A stretch of DNA of 64,000 nt, taken from an uncultured virus (IMG/VR IMGVR_UViG_3300024272_000044) (lineage: Duplodnaviria > Heunggongvirae > Uroviricota > Caudoviricetes). Both the position numbers and the translations under genes were made by a program. Positions 31,673 through 43,328 of this stretch are shown piece by piece. A model generated the notes under the pieces. That model was given only the letters and a program-made list of their open reading frames with translations, ran no database searches and was not told the origin of the DNA. Position 1 is the stretch's first letter. The number at the start of each line of letters is the position of its first letter. The stretch is from the IMG/VR virus record IMGVR_UViG_3300024272_000044. One strand, 5' to 3'.

Positions 31673-32070
31673 TGAATAGAAATAAAGAGTATTATATTAA
31701 TTACGTTTGTCCATATTGTATGCACACATTAGACAATTGTATTTGCAAACTGTTTCCACCACATAATCTAATCCATATTGATAAAAATATTCAAGAGCAT
31801 GTAAGAATCTTAAATGATAAAGGTTATAGAACAATGTATTGTTGTGAATGTCATGAATCTGGCTCTAACACATATATTGCATTTATAATGGATTATTTTA
31901 AAGATATTAAACCACCAAAACACTTTGTATATAAAAAGAATAGAACAATTGTAAACCATTCTTATTCAAGCAAACTAACAAGAGAAGAGTTTGAAGAATT
32001 AAAGAAAAAGAATCTTGAATCATTATTAGAATGGTGTAATCAATTACCAAATCTACGCACGGAGAATTAA
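31672..32070 (+). CDS. Hypothetical Cys-rich protein
   Basis: GGAG RBS, GTG start overlapping upstream stop; terminator after. Confidence 0.7.
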   Translation: MNRNKEYYINYVCPYCMHTLDNCICKLFPPHNLIHIDKNIQEHVRILNDKGYRTMYCCECHESGSNTYIAFIMDYFKDIKPPKHFVYKKNRTIVNHSYSSKLTREEFEELKKKNLESLLEWCNQLPNLRTEN

Positions 32071-32293
32071 TCTCCGTGCTTTTTCTTTGTGTATATATAT
32101 AAAGTTTTTAAAAATTAGATTTTTTTGGATTTGTTGTACAATTTTTTTGAATTTTTAAAAACTTTACATATATGATTCGAAAAAATAATTTAAAAAATAT
32201 TATAAAAATAGCTTGACAAGTAGTCATTATAGTAGTATAATGAATATAGATAAAAGATAACGATAACATATTTAAAGGAAAGGATTGAATGTT

Positions 32294-33151
32294 ATGGCAA
32301 AAGAAAAATTTAATATCTATGAAGAAATCACAAACCGAATTATTGAACAGTTAGAAGATGGCAACATCCCTTGGCATAAGCCTTGGAGTGGCATCACAAA
32401 TGGTGCATATAATAGAGTAAGCAAAAAGCCTTATTCATTACTTAATCAGATGTTGTTAAAACATGATGGAGAATATGCTACATATAAACAATGGAGTGAA
32501 TTAGGTGGAACTGTTAGAAAAGGTGAAAAGTCTGAGATTGTAGTATTTTGGAAGATTTTAGAAGTAGAAGAAAAGGATAATAATACTAATAGAGTAGAAA
32601 AGAAATGTATCCCATTACTTAAATATATCAATGTATTTCATGTATCTCAGGTCGATGGAGTAGAGCCAAAGGAAATTAAAGCAATGGAACATGAGCCTAT
32701 TAAAGAAGCAGAAGATATTAAAAACAACTATATGAATAGAGAAAACATTTGTATTAATGAAACTGTATCTGATAGAGCATTTTATAGTCCAGTAAGAGAT
32801 TATATTCAAGTACCATGTAAAGAACAGTATAAGGATGTATTAGAGTTTTATAGCACGTTATTCCATGAAATGATTCACAGTACTGGTCACAAAGATAGAC
32901 TTAAAAGATTAGATTGTGCTTCTCAGTTTGCTAGTTTTGGTTCAGAAGATTATTCAAAAGAAGAGTTAATTGCAGAGATTGGTTCAGCATTCTTAATGAA
33001 TCATATTGGAATTGAAAGCAATAAAACATTCAAGAACTCTACTGCATACATTCAGAGTTGGTTAAAGGTATTAAGAAACGATAATAAGTTTATTGTAAGT
33101 GCAAGTGGAAAAGCAGAAAAGGCTATGAAGTATATCTTAGGAGAAGTATAA
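32294..33151 (+). CDS. ardC: ArdC-like ssDNA-binding antirestriction protein with zincin domain
   Basis: IPWHKPW, ATYKQW...VRKGEK, VFHVSQ, HEMIHSTGH and YSKEELIAEIGS motifs. Confidence 0.9.
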   Translation: MAKEKFNIYEEITNRIIEQLEDGNIPWHKPWSGITNGAYNRVSKKPYSLLNQMLLKHDGEYATYKQWSELGGTVRKGEKSEIVVFWKILEVEEKDNNTNRVEKKCIPLLKYINVFHVSQVDGVEPKEIKAMEHEPIKEAEDIKNNYMNRENICINETVSDRAFYSPVRDYIQVPCKEQYKDVLEFYSTLFHEMIHSTGHKDRLKRLDCASQFASFGSEDYSKEELIAEIGSAFLMNHIGIESNKTFKNSTAYIQSWLKVLRNDNKFIVSASGKAEKAMKYILGEV

Positions 33152-33177
33152 TATATAAGGTTATAAGGAGAATAAAT

Positions 33178-33531
33178 ATGAAAGCATATAAATTATTAAG
33201 AACAAAGAAAGATGGCAAATTATATCCGTTATTTATTAATAAAACAGTTGAAACACCTATTGGAGAATGGATGGTTGCAGAGTGCCATCCAACGAAAGGA
33301 TTTGCCATTAGACAAGGTTGGCATTGTTGCTTTAAACCAATAGCACCACACTTAAAATTAGAGCTTAAAACTGGAGAAAAACGCGTATGGGTTGAATGTG
33401 AAGTAGAAGATTTTGAAAGCTACGATAGACCAGAATCACAAGGTGGAGCATGGGTTCTTGCACAGAGAATGAAGATTAATAAAGTATTAACATTAGAGGA
33501 AGTAAATAATATTAATAAAGTTGAGGCTTAG
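33178..33531 (+). CDS. Hypothetical protein
   Basis: AAGGAG RBS; terminator after. Confidence 0.75.
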   Translation: MKAYKLLRTKKDGKLYPLFINKTVETPIGEWMVAECHPTKGFAIRQGWHCCFKPIAPHLKLELKTGEKRVWVECEVEDFESYDRPESQGGAWVLAQRMKINKVLTLEEVNNINKVEA

Positions 33532-33770
33532 GCTTCAACTTTTTTATTTACAAAGAAACAAAAGTTATTTCTAAAGAAACAAAAAAGTTTATTTTTTAAA
33601 AACTTTAAATAGATATATTTCGCAGCAGAAAAATTTAATTTTTAAAAACTTTAAATAGATGTTAATAAAAAAGTTTCGTTAAATATATAAAATTATCTTG
33701 ACAAGTAGATTTATACATGATATAATAAGTTATAGATAAAAATAAGACAACAAGAAAAGAGGTAATAATT

Positions 33771-34193
33771 ATGGCAAGAAGAAGCAGAGAAGAGATTTAT
33801 AAGAACACAAGTACATTCACTTATTACAATGCAAATCCAAAGAATAGAATTACTGGTGATTGTACATTCAGAGCAATTAGTACTGCACTTGGACAAACTT
33901 GGGAGCAGACAGTAATGGAGATGGCACAGTTAAGTTGTGAAACTGGATATGCAATCAATGATACAAAAGGCATTGAAAGATATATGAAGTTAAAGGGTTG
34001 GACAAAAATGAAACAACCTAGAAAATCAGACAATACAAAGTATACTGGCAAAGAGTTTTGCAAGATGTTTAAAGGTGTATGTGTAGCAAATATTGGTGGA
34101 CACCATGTAGTATGTATTAAGAATGGTAAAGTGCATGATATTTGGGATAGTACAGATGGATGTATTGGAAACTACTGGATAAAAGAAAGTTAA
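33771..34193 (+). CDS. Hypothetical protein, possible papain-like Cys peptidase fold
   Basis: GDC..RAI, H.V and D.WD pattern suggests a Cys-His-Asp triad. Confidence 0.5.
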   Translation: MARRSREEIYKNTSTFTYYNANPKNRITGDCTFRAISTALGQTWEQTVMEMAQLSCETGYAINDTKGIERYMKLKGWTKMKQPRKSDNTKYTGKEFCKMFKGVCVANIGGHHVVCIKNGKVHDIWDSTDGCIGNYWIKES

Positions 34194-34281
34194 TAAAAAA
34201 ATAAAAAATATGTTGACAAATAGTTTATTAGCTGATATAATATAATCAAAGGAAAGGATAATATAAAAGGAGGTATAAACA

Positions 34282-34617
34282 ATGACAATTAAAGAAATGA
34301 AAGCAAATCATGATTATAGTTTTGAATGCAATATGTCAGATTGGTATAAAAACTATGAAAATATTGATGAATGGGGTTGTGCATTTGCATGGTATGGTGA
34401 CATTGGTGTAGAATATAACTTCGCTGTTGAAACCTATAACAATGAAAAATACACAGCTTGTGCAATCTACAAAATGGAATTTAATAATGAAACAGAGAAT
34501 ATGGAAACAGATTATGATACATTTGTTGAATATGATATTGATTTCAATGATGTAGATTGGATTGACAAACTGGAAAATGCAATGTGCGAAGCATTAATCA
34601 AATTCTTCGATTTATAA
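34282..34617 (+). CDS. Acidic hypothetical protein
   Basis: Promoter 34213, AGGAGGT RBS. Confidence 0.75.
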   Translation: MTIKEMKANHDYSFECNMSDWYKNYENIDEWGCAFAWYGDIGVEYNFAVETYNNEKYTACAIYKMEFNNETENMETDYDTFVEYDIDFNDVDWIDKLENAMCEALIKFFDL

Positions 34618-34653
34618 AATTAAATAAAACTAATCAGAATGGAAGTGTTAACA

Positions 34654-35043
34654 ATGGCTGGATATATCAAGCTAGAAGTAGAGAAGTTGGAAACACAACA
34701 AATTAATTTAAAGATTAACGCAGAAATTTTTGAGGGTTTTCAAAGAAAATGTAAAATTAGAAACCTACAAATGTGTACTGTTATCGAGGCTTTTGTAAGA
34801 CAATATGCAAATGATGGATATCATTTGAATGAAGAAGATATTATCAAATGGAAGAATGATAACGGAGATGTATCCACACTAAACACTCCAGTTAATAAAG
34901 AGGTTTATAATCAATTTAAAAACAAGGTAAAAGAAAATAAGCTATTCGTTAAACATGTTATATCTGCTTTTATTGAGGATTATGCAAGTAATGACTATGT
35001 TTTAGAGCTTAAAAAAGTAGAAGAATATGGAGGTGGTAATTAA
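34654..35043 (+). CDS. Tandem ribbon-helix-helix-like DNA-binding protein
   Basis: Two internal repeats (INLKINAEIFEGF...VIEAFVRQYA / LNTPVNKEVYNQF...VISAFIEDYA). Confidence 0.55.
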   Translation: MAGYIKLEVEKLETQQINLKINAEIFEGFQRKCKIRNLQMCTVIEAFVRQYANDGYHLNEEDIIKWKNDNGDVSTLNTPVNKEVYNQFKNKVKENKLFVKHVISAFIEDYASNDYVLELKKVEEYGGGN

Positions 35044-35044
35044 C

Positions 35045-35296
35045 ATGTTTGACCCACTATTTATTATTTCTTTAATTGGCACTTGTGTACATGCATTTAA
35101 AGAAACATATGAGGAAGAAATTCCTGCTGAAAATTGGGCTAATAAACAATTATATCATGAGGATATTATGAAAGGTGTTTCAGAAGAACAACGTATAAGA
35201 AATGCTAAAGATGGAAAATATAAACTTAAAAAAGGACAATCGGGTAAAATTAAAAACAATGGTATTCCTTTAGTGAAAGGTAGATATAGCTTATAA
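35045..35296 (+). CDS. Hypothetical protein
   Basis: GGAGGTGG RBS. Confidence 0.65.
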   Translation: MFDPLFIISLIGTCVHAFKETYEEEIPAENWANKQLYHEDIMKGVSEEQRIRNAKDGKYKLKKGQSGKIKNNGIPLVKGRYSL

Positions 35297-35314
35297 CACA
35301 ATTGGGATGGGAGA

Positions 35315-36097
35315 GTGGCAACAATGAATAAGTATCAACAAAATGATAATGTTATAACTCTTTCTATTGTAAATGGGAAATTAGCTAAAAAACCAAAGGT
35401 TAGATATAATAAGGATGGTACAATTGATAAGCGTCATTGTAACAGAGTTAGTGGTATAAGCTCAACAGTTTATCCATTTGATGTAGACGAAGTAAGAAGT
35501 ATAATCGATGTACTAAATTATCGTATCAAAAACGCAACAAGTAAAAACAAAAAACAAATTGCACATAGGAATAAAATGTTGTTCTTGATTGGAATAAATG
35601 TTGGACTAAGAGCAAGTGATTTAATACAATTACGTTGGTCATATTTTTACAAGAATGATATGACATTTAAAGAATCTTATGTGCTACAACCTAAAAAGAC
35701 TAGAAGAACTGGTAAATTTGTAAAGATATTTTTTAATCAGACTGTTAAAAAGGCTATTGAAAATTATACAAGCAAATACCCAATTGAAGATTTAAACGAT
35801 TATATGTTTAAGTCAAGAAAAGGAAGCAAGCCAATTACAGAAGCTGGATTGTGGAAAATTATTGTTGATGTATCAGAAGAAGCTGGTATTGATAAGAATG
35901 TAGGCTCACATTCACTTCGTAAAACATGGGCAAGAAATATCTATGATAACGCAGAAGATAAAAGCGATGCATTAGTAATGTTACAAGAATGTTTAAGACA
36001 TTCTGATTCGCTTACAACACTTCGATATATAGCTATTATGGATGAAAAGAAAAAAGATATGTATAAAAGCATTGAATTAGGATTGGATTATATTTAA
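35315..36097 (+). CDS. Tyrosine recombinase, catalytic residues intact
   Basis: GLRASD (R), KKT (K), HSLRKT (HxxR), LRHS (H), TLRY (Y); short N-terminus. Confidence 0.95.
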   Translation: MATMNKYQQNDNVITLSIVNGKLAKKPKVRYNKDGTIDKRHCNRVSGISSTVYPFDVDEVRSIIDVLNYRIKNATSKNKKQIAHRNKMLFLIGINVGLRASDLIQLRWSYFYKNDMTFKESYVLQPKKTRRTGKFVKIFFNQTVKKAIENYTSKYPIEDLNDYMFKSRKGSKPITEAGLWKIIVDVSEEAGIDKNVGSHSLRKTWARNIYDNAEDKSDALVMLQECLRHSDSLTTLRYIAIMDEKKKDMYKSIELGLDYI

Positions 36098-36117
36098 ACG
36101 AAAGAGAGGATTATATT

Positions 36118-37200
36118 ATGGCAATTGACAAAATTTTAAAGATTGAAGGTTCTAGCATTACATGGACATGCAAACAGATTGTAAAAATGATGGATAAGAA
36201 AACAATTAGTTTTAAGAACGTAGTACAGAGAAGTTTTGTTTGGGAAAAACATAGAATGAGTGAATTAATTTGGAGCATTATCATGGGATATCCTATTCCA
36301 CCAGTATATGCAGAACGTGGTGAAAGTGATAGTGATAAGGTTAAAATTTATGATGTAATGGATGGTCAGCAGAGAAATACTTCTATTTATAAGTATATGA
36401 AAGATGAATTTGAATTAACAAAATTAAAACCTATTCCATACTTAGACGAAGACGGAAATGAATGTACTATTGATATTTCTGGCAAGAAGTTTTCTGAATT
36501 GGAAGAAGAATTACAGGATGCAATTAAAGATGCAACTATTACAGTTAAGTATTATGACAATCTTGACCAGACTCAGAAAGCAGAAATGTTCAGAAGATTA
36601 AATAATGGAAAACCATTATCAACTAAATCAAGAACACTTGCATCTGCTAAGAACATTGGTGAATTACTTGATATTGGCTCACATAAGTTATTTGAAGATA
36701 TGCTGACGGAAAAATCAAGAGCAAATAAGAATCATGCAGTAATTGTAACAAAAGTATTAACAATGTTAAACAATGATGTAGATAATGTTTCATTTGCAAG
36801 TAAAGACTTTAATCCACAGATTGAAGCAATGGAAGTAACAGAAGATGATAAAGTTGAATTAAACAAAGTATTTAACTATATTGTAAATGTACATGAAGAA
36901 TTAGCAAGCAACCATGAAAAGGACGTTGCTAGAAAATTATATACAGAAACACATTTAGTTTCACTTGTACCATTCGTAAAGCAGTCTATTGATAATGATA
37001 TTACAGAAGCTATGTTTGGAGAATTTTTAACATCATTCTTCAAAACAGAAAACGATTCAGATGTGTATGCTAGATATATGGAAGCTACATCTAATGGAGT
37101 GGCTAGAAATGGCTCTATCGTTGCTAGACACAATGCTTTAAATGAAAGCTATGAAGAATTTTTTAAAGAAAATTCAGAAAACGTATTGACAAACGAATAA
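36118..37200 (+). CDS. DUF262 (ParB/GmrS-like) domain protein
   Basis: QRSFVW, YPIP, DGQQR and FRRLNNG motifs. Confidence 0.85.
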   Translation: MAIDKILKIEGSSITWTCKQIVKMMDKKTISFKNVVQRSFVWEKHRMSELIWSIIMGYPIPPVYAERGESDSDKVKIYDVMDGQQRNTSIYKYMKDEFELTKLKPIPYLDEDGNECTIDISGKKFSELEEELQDAIKDATITVKYYDNLDQTQKAEMFRRLNNGKPLSTKSRTLASAKNIGELLDIGSHKLFEDMLTEKSRANKNHAVIVTKVLTMLNNDVDNVSFASKDFNPQIEAMEVTEDDKVELNKVFNYIVNVHEELASNHEKDVARKLYTETHLVSLVPFVKQSIDNDITEAMFGEFLTSFFKTENDSDVYARYMEATSNGVARNGSIVARHNALNESYEEFFKENSENVLTNE

Positions 37201-37298
37201 GGATGTAGTATAATACAATCAGAAACGGAGGATGGAAGATAATTCCATTCCTCCAATACATAAGAAATAAGGTTATAAGTAGAATAGGAGTAATTATT

Positions 37299-40200
37299 AT
37301 GGCAAAGACAAGAGAAACACCATGTTTATATTATATTTGTGCAGGACAATGTGAAAAGGGTAGAGATGCAGAACACACCAAATATTGTCAGAGATGCGAC
37401 AAATATAGACCTAGAGCAAAAGTAAGACACTTAAACAAGAAGAAGCAGAAGTTGGATAAGATTCGTAAAAGTGAAAGATACGAGTAACGGAGGTGCTTAT
37501 GAGAAGTTTAAAGAAAACAGAAGAGGTTGTTGAAAAGATTCTCGATATGAGAAAAGATACAAGAGAGAACGATGATATCCTTTATCTGTGTGTATGTGAA
37601 TATTTTCATAGAGGAGCATCATCAATGACGTTAAAAGCGTTTCTTAAATCTAGAAATAAAATGAACTGTCCTAACTTTGCATCTGTAACTAGAGCAAGAA
37701 GAAAAGTTTTTGAAAGAAGACCAGAGCTTAAGCCACCAAAAGTAACAGAACTTAGAGAGGATATGGAAGAAGTTTATATTGATTATGCGATAAACGGATA
37801 ATAAAATGTGAATTTTAAGTGGTTGAGAGGTGGAAAATATGAAATTTGGATTTAAAAAAATAATAAACAACATCGAACTAACAGACGAAGAAGCATTAAC
37901 ATTGTATAATGCAAGAAAAATTTTGTTTGAAGCAGAAAGAAATATTGTAGAATCTTTATGTGAATATGATGAAGATTTATTAGAAGTGATTAGAAGTGGA
38001 TTGTCTGGATTGGATATTTGCAATGCTAGATTAGATGTAAATATCATTGTTGAAACATCTGAATGGGAATAAAAGGAAGATTTTAAGTTGTTACGAGGTA
38101 AAAATATGACGATTAAAGAGCTATATGAATGGGCTATTAAAAACAATGTCGAAGATTATGATATTCGTATTCAATATCGTGATGAAGGTGGATGTTATTG
38201 TGGAAGCGATACATTATGTGAAGTAGATATTGAGATTGATAGATTGAGATTAGAAGTAACATTATAAAAGACAGATTTTAAGGGGGTAAGAATATGAGTT
38301 GTGATTTTTGTAAAACAATATGGAGTAGCGAAGAAGAATATAAAAAACATTTTTCACACCCTTGGAGCGAAGAAGATGCTATTATTATGTTTAAAGATGA
38401 ACCTTGGCTGTATGCAACATGTGGTGACCATTATTATAATGGAATCTTGATGCCAATTGGTTATTGTCCAGTATGCGGAAGAAAATTAACATAAAAGAAA
38501 CATTTTAAGTGATTAAGGGGTGAAAATATGTTAGAAGAATTATTAAAAGAAATTAATGAGTTAAAAGAATATAAAAGGATGTATGAATGTGCATCAAAAG
38601 ACAAACAAAGAATGTCTGAACTTTTATATGATTATATGATGCAAGAATACGAAAATACTAGCAAAGAAAAAAGGGTAGAGTTACATAAAATAAACTGTTG
38701 TAGTTGTTGTAGATATAGTGATTGTTGTGATATGGAATTTCCAGAAGATGTTTGGAAACCAATTCCAAGTGATAAAGCATGGATTCCAGCAAAAACAACT
38801 TGTGGAAGTTTTAAATGGGCATAAAAGAAACATCTTAAGAGGTGAAAAATATGACAAAATATTTTTGTGACCGATGTGGTAAAGAAGTGAAAAGAACAAT
38901 ACAAATAAAAATCCCAAAAGAAAAGTTAAGTGGTGGAAATTTTAGCACAATGTCTATAGAAGTGTGTGATGATTGTAGAAAAGAATTTGATATAATAATT
39001 GACAAACTTACAGACATTAGATTTATTTTATTCAATGATTTTATAGAATAAAAATTACAATAAAAGTAAAGTTTTAAGTGGAGATTATTATGAAAGATTA
39101 TTTAGTTACAAGTGATTATGGACAGTACGATAATATGTGGATTGTTCTTGCGAAAGACGCAAAAGATGCAATTCAGCAAGTTTGGGAAAAATATATTGTT
39201 CCAATGAATGAAGATATTAAAGAAGAGAATAAGAGAGATGGTTGGGACTATTATAGAACTTGTAAGAAGAGTGAACTATGTGCGAAAAGCATTGGAAGTT
39301 TGCATAACTCAAACGGAAAAATTATTAGATTATAGCACACAAAAGCAGAGTTTTAAGTGGTAGAAAATTATGAAGAAGTTAATTAGTAGATGGGAAGACT
39401 TAGTTGGATTAGAATCAAAAGATTATTATTTGGATATTGAACTAGATAATGGTTGTGGACACATTGTTCCAAAGGTGCAAACGGAAGATAACTGGTTTCA
39501 TCCATATTTAAGTACGCATACATTTTATGGATTGAATTATAAAGATTCTACAATATTATTACAAGAACACGGATTTGACGTTCAACTTGAGAATTGGGAT
39601 GGAGAAACTGAATTAGTAGATTATAAAGAACAATGGCTACATAATGGCAAATGTGAGTTTTGTAGAAAGAAAGATTATTGTAATAAGAAATGTAAAGCGT
39701 CATTAAAATATGACGAATGGAAGAAACAATGGCAATAAAGCAGAGTTTTAAGTGGGAGGTAAAAATGATTTGGATTATTATTGGATTAATTGTATGTATT
39801 GCAGTAATAGTAGGAATTGTTAAAGACTGGAGTAATAGTTGGTTAGAGAAGATTTTATATTCAATATTGTCGATGATAGCAACTATCTTTGTTGTTTTTG
39901 TAGTTTTGCTTGTTCCAAGTATTATCACAAGTGAATGTTCAGAAGTTGAATATAAAATGATTTCAGATGAAAAAATTGTAGCATTAAAAGATAATCAGAA
40001 TGTAAATGGAGATTTTTATATTATGGGTGGTTATGTAGACGAAGACTTGTATTATTATTATGCTACAGAAACAGAATTTGGTTATGGTATAGAAAAGATA
40101 AAAGCTAGTAATTCTTATATTAAACATACAGATAAGGAAACCCATATTGAAAGGTATGTCGGAGATTTTAAAAATAAAAAATCATACATTTGGGGATTTC

Positions 40201-41940
40201 CAATGTACAATGATAGATATATTGTTTATTGCCCAGAGGGAACTGTAACAAATGAATTTAATGTAGATTTAGAATAGTTTTATTAGGAGGATTTTATGAG
40301 AAAATTAATTTTAAGATGGTTATTTGGTACTGATGATATAGAACATTATTTTAAATTATTAAATAGAGATAATAAGCATCTTCAAGAATCGATTGATTTG
40401 ATTGATGGACATTTAAAAACTTTGGCTGAAGAAAAAGAAAATTTAGATATTATTAGAAAATTAGTTAAAGTATGTGAAAATCACGGAATCAATGCAGATG
40501 AAGAAATAAAAGAGGTTGAGTTATAAAATCAAAGTTTTAAGAGGTATAGAATATGAACATTTTTAACAATGAAACAAGAAAAATTATATGTATTGATAAC
40601 GATGATGCTGGTGCTTGGGGTTTTAGTGGAACTGGGCATTTGTTAACTGTTGGAACAGAATACACTTTGGTTGATGTGGATGTTCATGGATGGCATACAA
40701 TAGTTGAATTAGAAGAGTTTCCAAATGTGCAGTTTAATAGTATCTTATTTGAGGAGATTGATAACTAGCACATAAAAGAATGTTTTTAAGGAGTGTAAAA
40801 TGAATAGAGATAGAGATATTTATTATATTGTAAATATTAAAGAGATTTATAGAAATCAATTGGCACATACAACAATTAAAAAGGATTTTTGTGGAAAATA
40901 TCATCATGAAGCATGGGGTGTTGTATGGTTTGAATTATATCATAGTGGTGCTTTTGTTGTAATTCCAGAAGCATGGATTGAATGGATTGCTCCAGCAGAA
41001 AAATTATGGGTCAGATAAAACAGTATTTTTAAGTGGATAAGTGGAGGTGAAATTATGGGTGAAGTATTAGATTATGATGATTACTTAAATAAAAAAGTAG
41101 AAATTATTCACACGTCAAAACAAAAATATCATAAATTATTACATATGATTGGTACGGTAGAAAGAATATCATCTGAAGATATTGGTGTTGTTTTAGACGG
41201 TTTGAGAAATGAAGCAAGTAGTTATGGTGTATTTTGGTTTAAAAAAGATGAATTAAGAATTATGGAGGATGATAATATGAAAGGTTATAAGAATGTAGCA
41301 ATTGTAAATTTTTTAGAAGATTATAATAAAAAGGACTATGCATTTGCATTGTTTGATGAAGAAGAAAAGTTGATTACAAGAGAAAATCAATTAGTAGTTG
41401 TAAATGCAAGAAGTAAAGATAATCGTGTTCTTGCTGTTGTAAAGGAAATTATGCCAGTAGAAATGTATAATGAAAAAATTGCTATTACAGCACAAGTTGT
41501 TGGAGTGGTAAATATGGACGGATACATTGCTCGTGTTGAAGAAGAACAAAGAATTAAAGAACTTGAAAAGAAAAAATTGGCTATTGAAAAAGAATTAGAA
41601 AAAGAAATCAACAAGAGAAAGTCCGTAGAATATTATGAAGCAATGGCAGAAAAATATTCAGATAATCCTAAGTTGGCAGAACTTGTAGCAGAATTAAAGG
41701 GATTGGGGTTATAAAATTTAAGAGGTGTATATGAATAACGAATTATTTGAAAAGAGAATATTATTTGAATCATTATCTCAGATTATGGAAAATCAGAAAA
41801 ACATCATGAGGCATATTGGTATTACAAGATATGATTCTGATTGGGGATATAATGATGACAATACAAGAAATTTAATTGAACAATGTAATGCAATTGTTAA
41901 TGGAATTAATTGCGAAGACAAAAACGATTGGGATTGGTAA
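37299..41940 (+). CDS. Array of about 14 small hypothetical ORFs, mostly delimited by TAAAA-N6-TTTTA sites
   Basis: e.g. 37299-37487, 37499-37801, 37830-38072, 38106-38267, 38294-38494, 38528-38824, 38851-39051, 39090-39335, 39370-39738, 39765-40277, 40296-40526, 40553-40768, 40800-41018, 41055-41714. Confidence 0.75.
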
Positions 41941-41960
41941 TAAAATAAGACTTTTATTTG

Positions 41961-42014
41961 TTTACAATTTGTTTACAATTTGTACATACGGAGTTCATAA
42001 ATATATTTTATAAT
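41961..42014 (+). promoter_or_regulatory. Candidate PhoP/OmpR-type activated promoter
   Basis: TTTACA, TTTACA, TACATA, TTCATA at 11-bp period (41961, 41972, 41983, 41994), then TATAAT at 42009 with no TTGACA. Confidence 0.5.
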
Positions 42015-42042
42015 ATATGTAAATAAAAAGAGGAGGTAATAT

Positions 42043-42375
42043 ATGGTGGTTAGAGTATACACAGATATATGGAATAACTTTCAGTTTAGAGCACCATGCT
42101 ATTTAGACGGACACTTTGAACCATATAAATATGACTTAGTTAGATGGGTTAATCGTGATATTCCTACCGAGGTGACAGATTTAACAACTGGAAAAAAGGT
42201 TATGTCTGACAAATATTGCTATAGTATTGCACAGCTAACGTGGGATAAAAAAGAGGGATGGTTCGATTTCGAAAGTGTGGGGACTAGATATTTAGAAGAT
42301 AGAATTGACGGTCTTGAAGAATGGATTTTAGAATTCTGTGAAATGATGGGAAAGGAACTGTCAGAAGATTATTAA
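42043..42375 (+). CDS. Hypothetical protein
   Basis: GGAGGT RBS. Confidence 0.75.
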   Translation: MVVRVYTDIWNNFQFRAPCYLDGHFEPYKYDLVRWVNRDIPTEVTDLTTGKKVMSDKYCYSIAQLTWDKKEGWFDFESVGTRYLEDRIDGLEEWILEFCEMMGKELSEDY

Positions 42376-42419
42376 TTTTTAAATTAAATTATCAGAATAT
42401 TCAAAGAAAGGAAATAAAT

Positions 42420-42989
42420 ATGAAAAGACAGATTAGAAGAGGAACATTTGAAACAAACAGTAGTAGCACACATGCAATTTGTATCACAAAATCAGATGTG
42501 GACAAAGCAAATCTTCCAAACTATGTAGAGTTTGAACATGGAGAATTTGGTTGGGAAGTAGCAGAATATCACGGATTGCATTCTAAGGCATCTTATTTAT
42601 ATCAGGCGATTTGTGATTGCTGTTATGACAGAGATGATGCGAAAAAAGAAATGTTATACAAAATTGAAGAAACATTGGGTAAATATGGAATCACTTGTAG
42701 CTTTGAACCAGATAAAAGTGAATGGGGAGATGGTTATATTGACCACGGTGGTGACACTATTGATTTTGTAAGTGCTGTTCTTGAAGACGAAGATAAACTT
42801 CTTAGATATTTATTTGGAGATAGTCTTGTAGTAACTGGAAATGATAATGGTGACGGCTATAGAGACAGAATGTATGTTAATGAGGGTGAAAAAACAGAGA
42901 AATGGGGTAATAGCACCTATACATATACTGAATATGGTGGACTAAAACCAGAATTTGATAACTATGAAATTTATGAAAAATGGAATTAA
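42420..42989 (+). CDS. ETNSSS-motif protein (paralog 1)
   Basis: N-terminus MKRQIRRGTFETNSSSTHA. Confidence 0.8.
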   Translation: MKRQIRRGTFETNSSSTHAICITKSDVDKANLPNYVEFEHGEFGWEVAEYHGLHSKASYLYQAICDCCYDRDDAKKEMLYKIEETLGKYGITCSFEPDKSEWGDGYIDHGGDTIDFVSAVLEDEDKLLRYLFGDSLVVTGNDNGDGYRDRMYVNEGEKTEKWGNSTYTYTEYGGLKPEFDNYEIYEKWN

Positions 42990-43002
42990 GGAGATTAACA
43001 GT

Positions 43003-43311
43003 ATGAAAAGACAGGTTAGATGTGGAGTGTTTGAAACTAATAGTAGTAGTACACATGCGTTGACAATGTGTACAAAGTCAGATTTTGAAAAGTGGGTGGA
43101 TGGAGAACTTGTTTGGAGCAGATGGAGTGAAGAACTTGTTCCTATTACAAACAAAGTAAAAGAATCTATGGAAGATGAAATTGGTTGTGAATATTTAACA
43201 TATGAACAGTTTAATGACTGGGAATATATGGATTATGAAACATTTGAACAGACATTCGAAACACCAAATAATGAAAAGATTGTTGCATTTGGATATTATG
43301 GATATTGTTAA
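43003..43311 (+). CDS. ETNSSS-motif protein (paralog 2)
   Basis: N-terminus MKRQVRCGVFETNSSSTHA after AAGGAG RBS. Confidence 0.8.
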   Translation: MKRQVRCGVFETNSSSTHALTMCTKSDFEKWVDGELVWSRWSEELVPITNKVKESMEDEIGCEYLTYEQFNDWEYMDYETFEQTFETPNNEKIVAFGYYGYC

Positions 43312-43328
43312 TAAAAGGAGATAATTAA

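Larger units (their letters stand above)
12520..33546 (+). terminator. Set of about 19 intrinsic terminators closing early units
   Basis: Hairpin plus U tract near 12520, 13725, 14249, 14863, 15523, 16118, 16873, 17572, 18266, 18797, 19432, 19833, 20491, 21949, 22809, 24669, 26212, 32056, 33517. Confidence 0.85.
10583..33653 (+). repeat. Dispersed ~29-bp repeat family CCAAAAAA(A/G)TNNAA(T/A)TTTAAAAACTTTA, about 60-70 copies in intergenic clusters
   Basis: Clusters of 2-8 copies between terminators and promoters, e.g. 17626-17871, 20535-20905, 22003-22230; a few reversed copies near 11757, 12137, 26264, 32101. Confidence 0.95.

Noticed and set aside
35315..36097. Prophage integrase marking a phage-host junction
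   Set aside because: Phage-like genes continue on both sides; no att duplication or host genes seen
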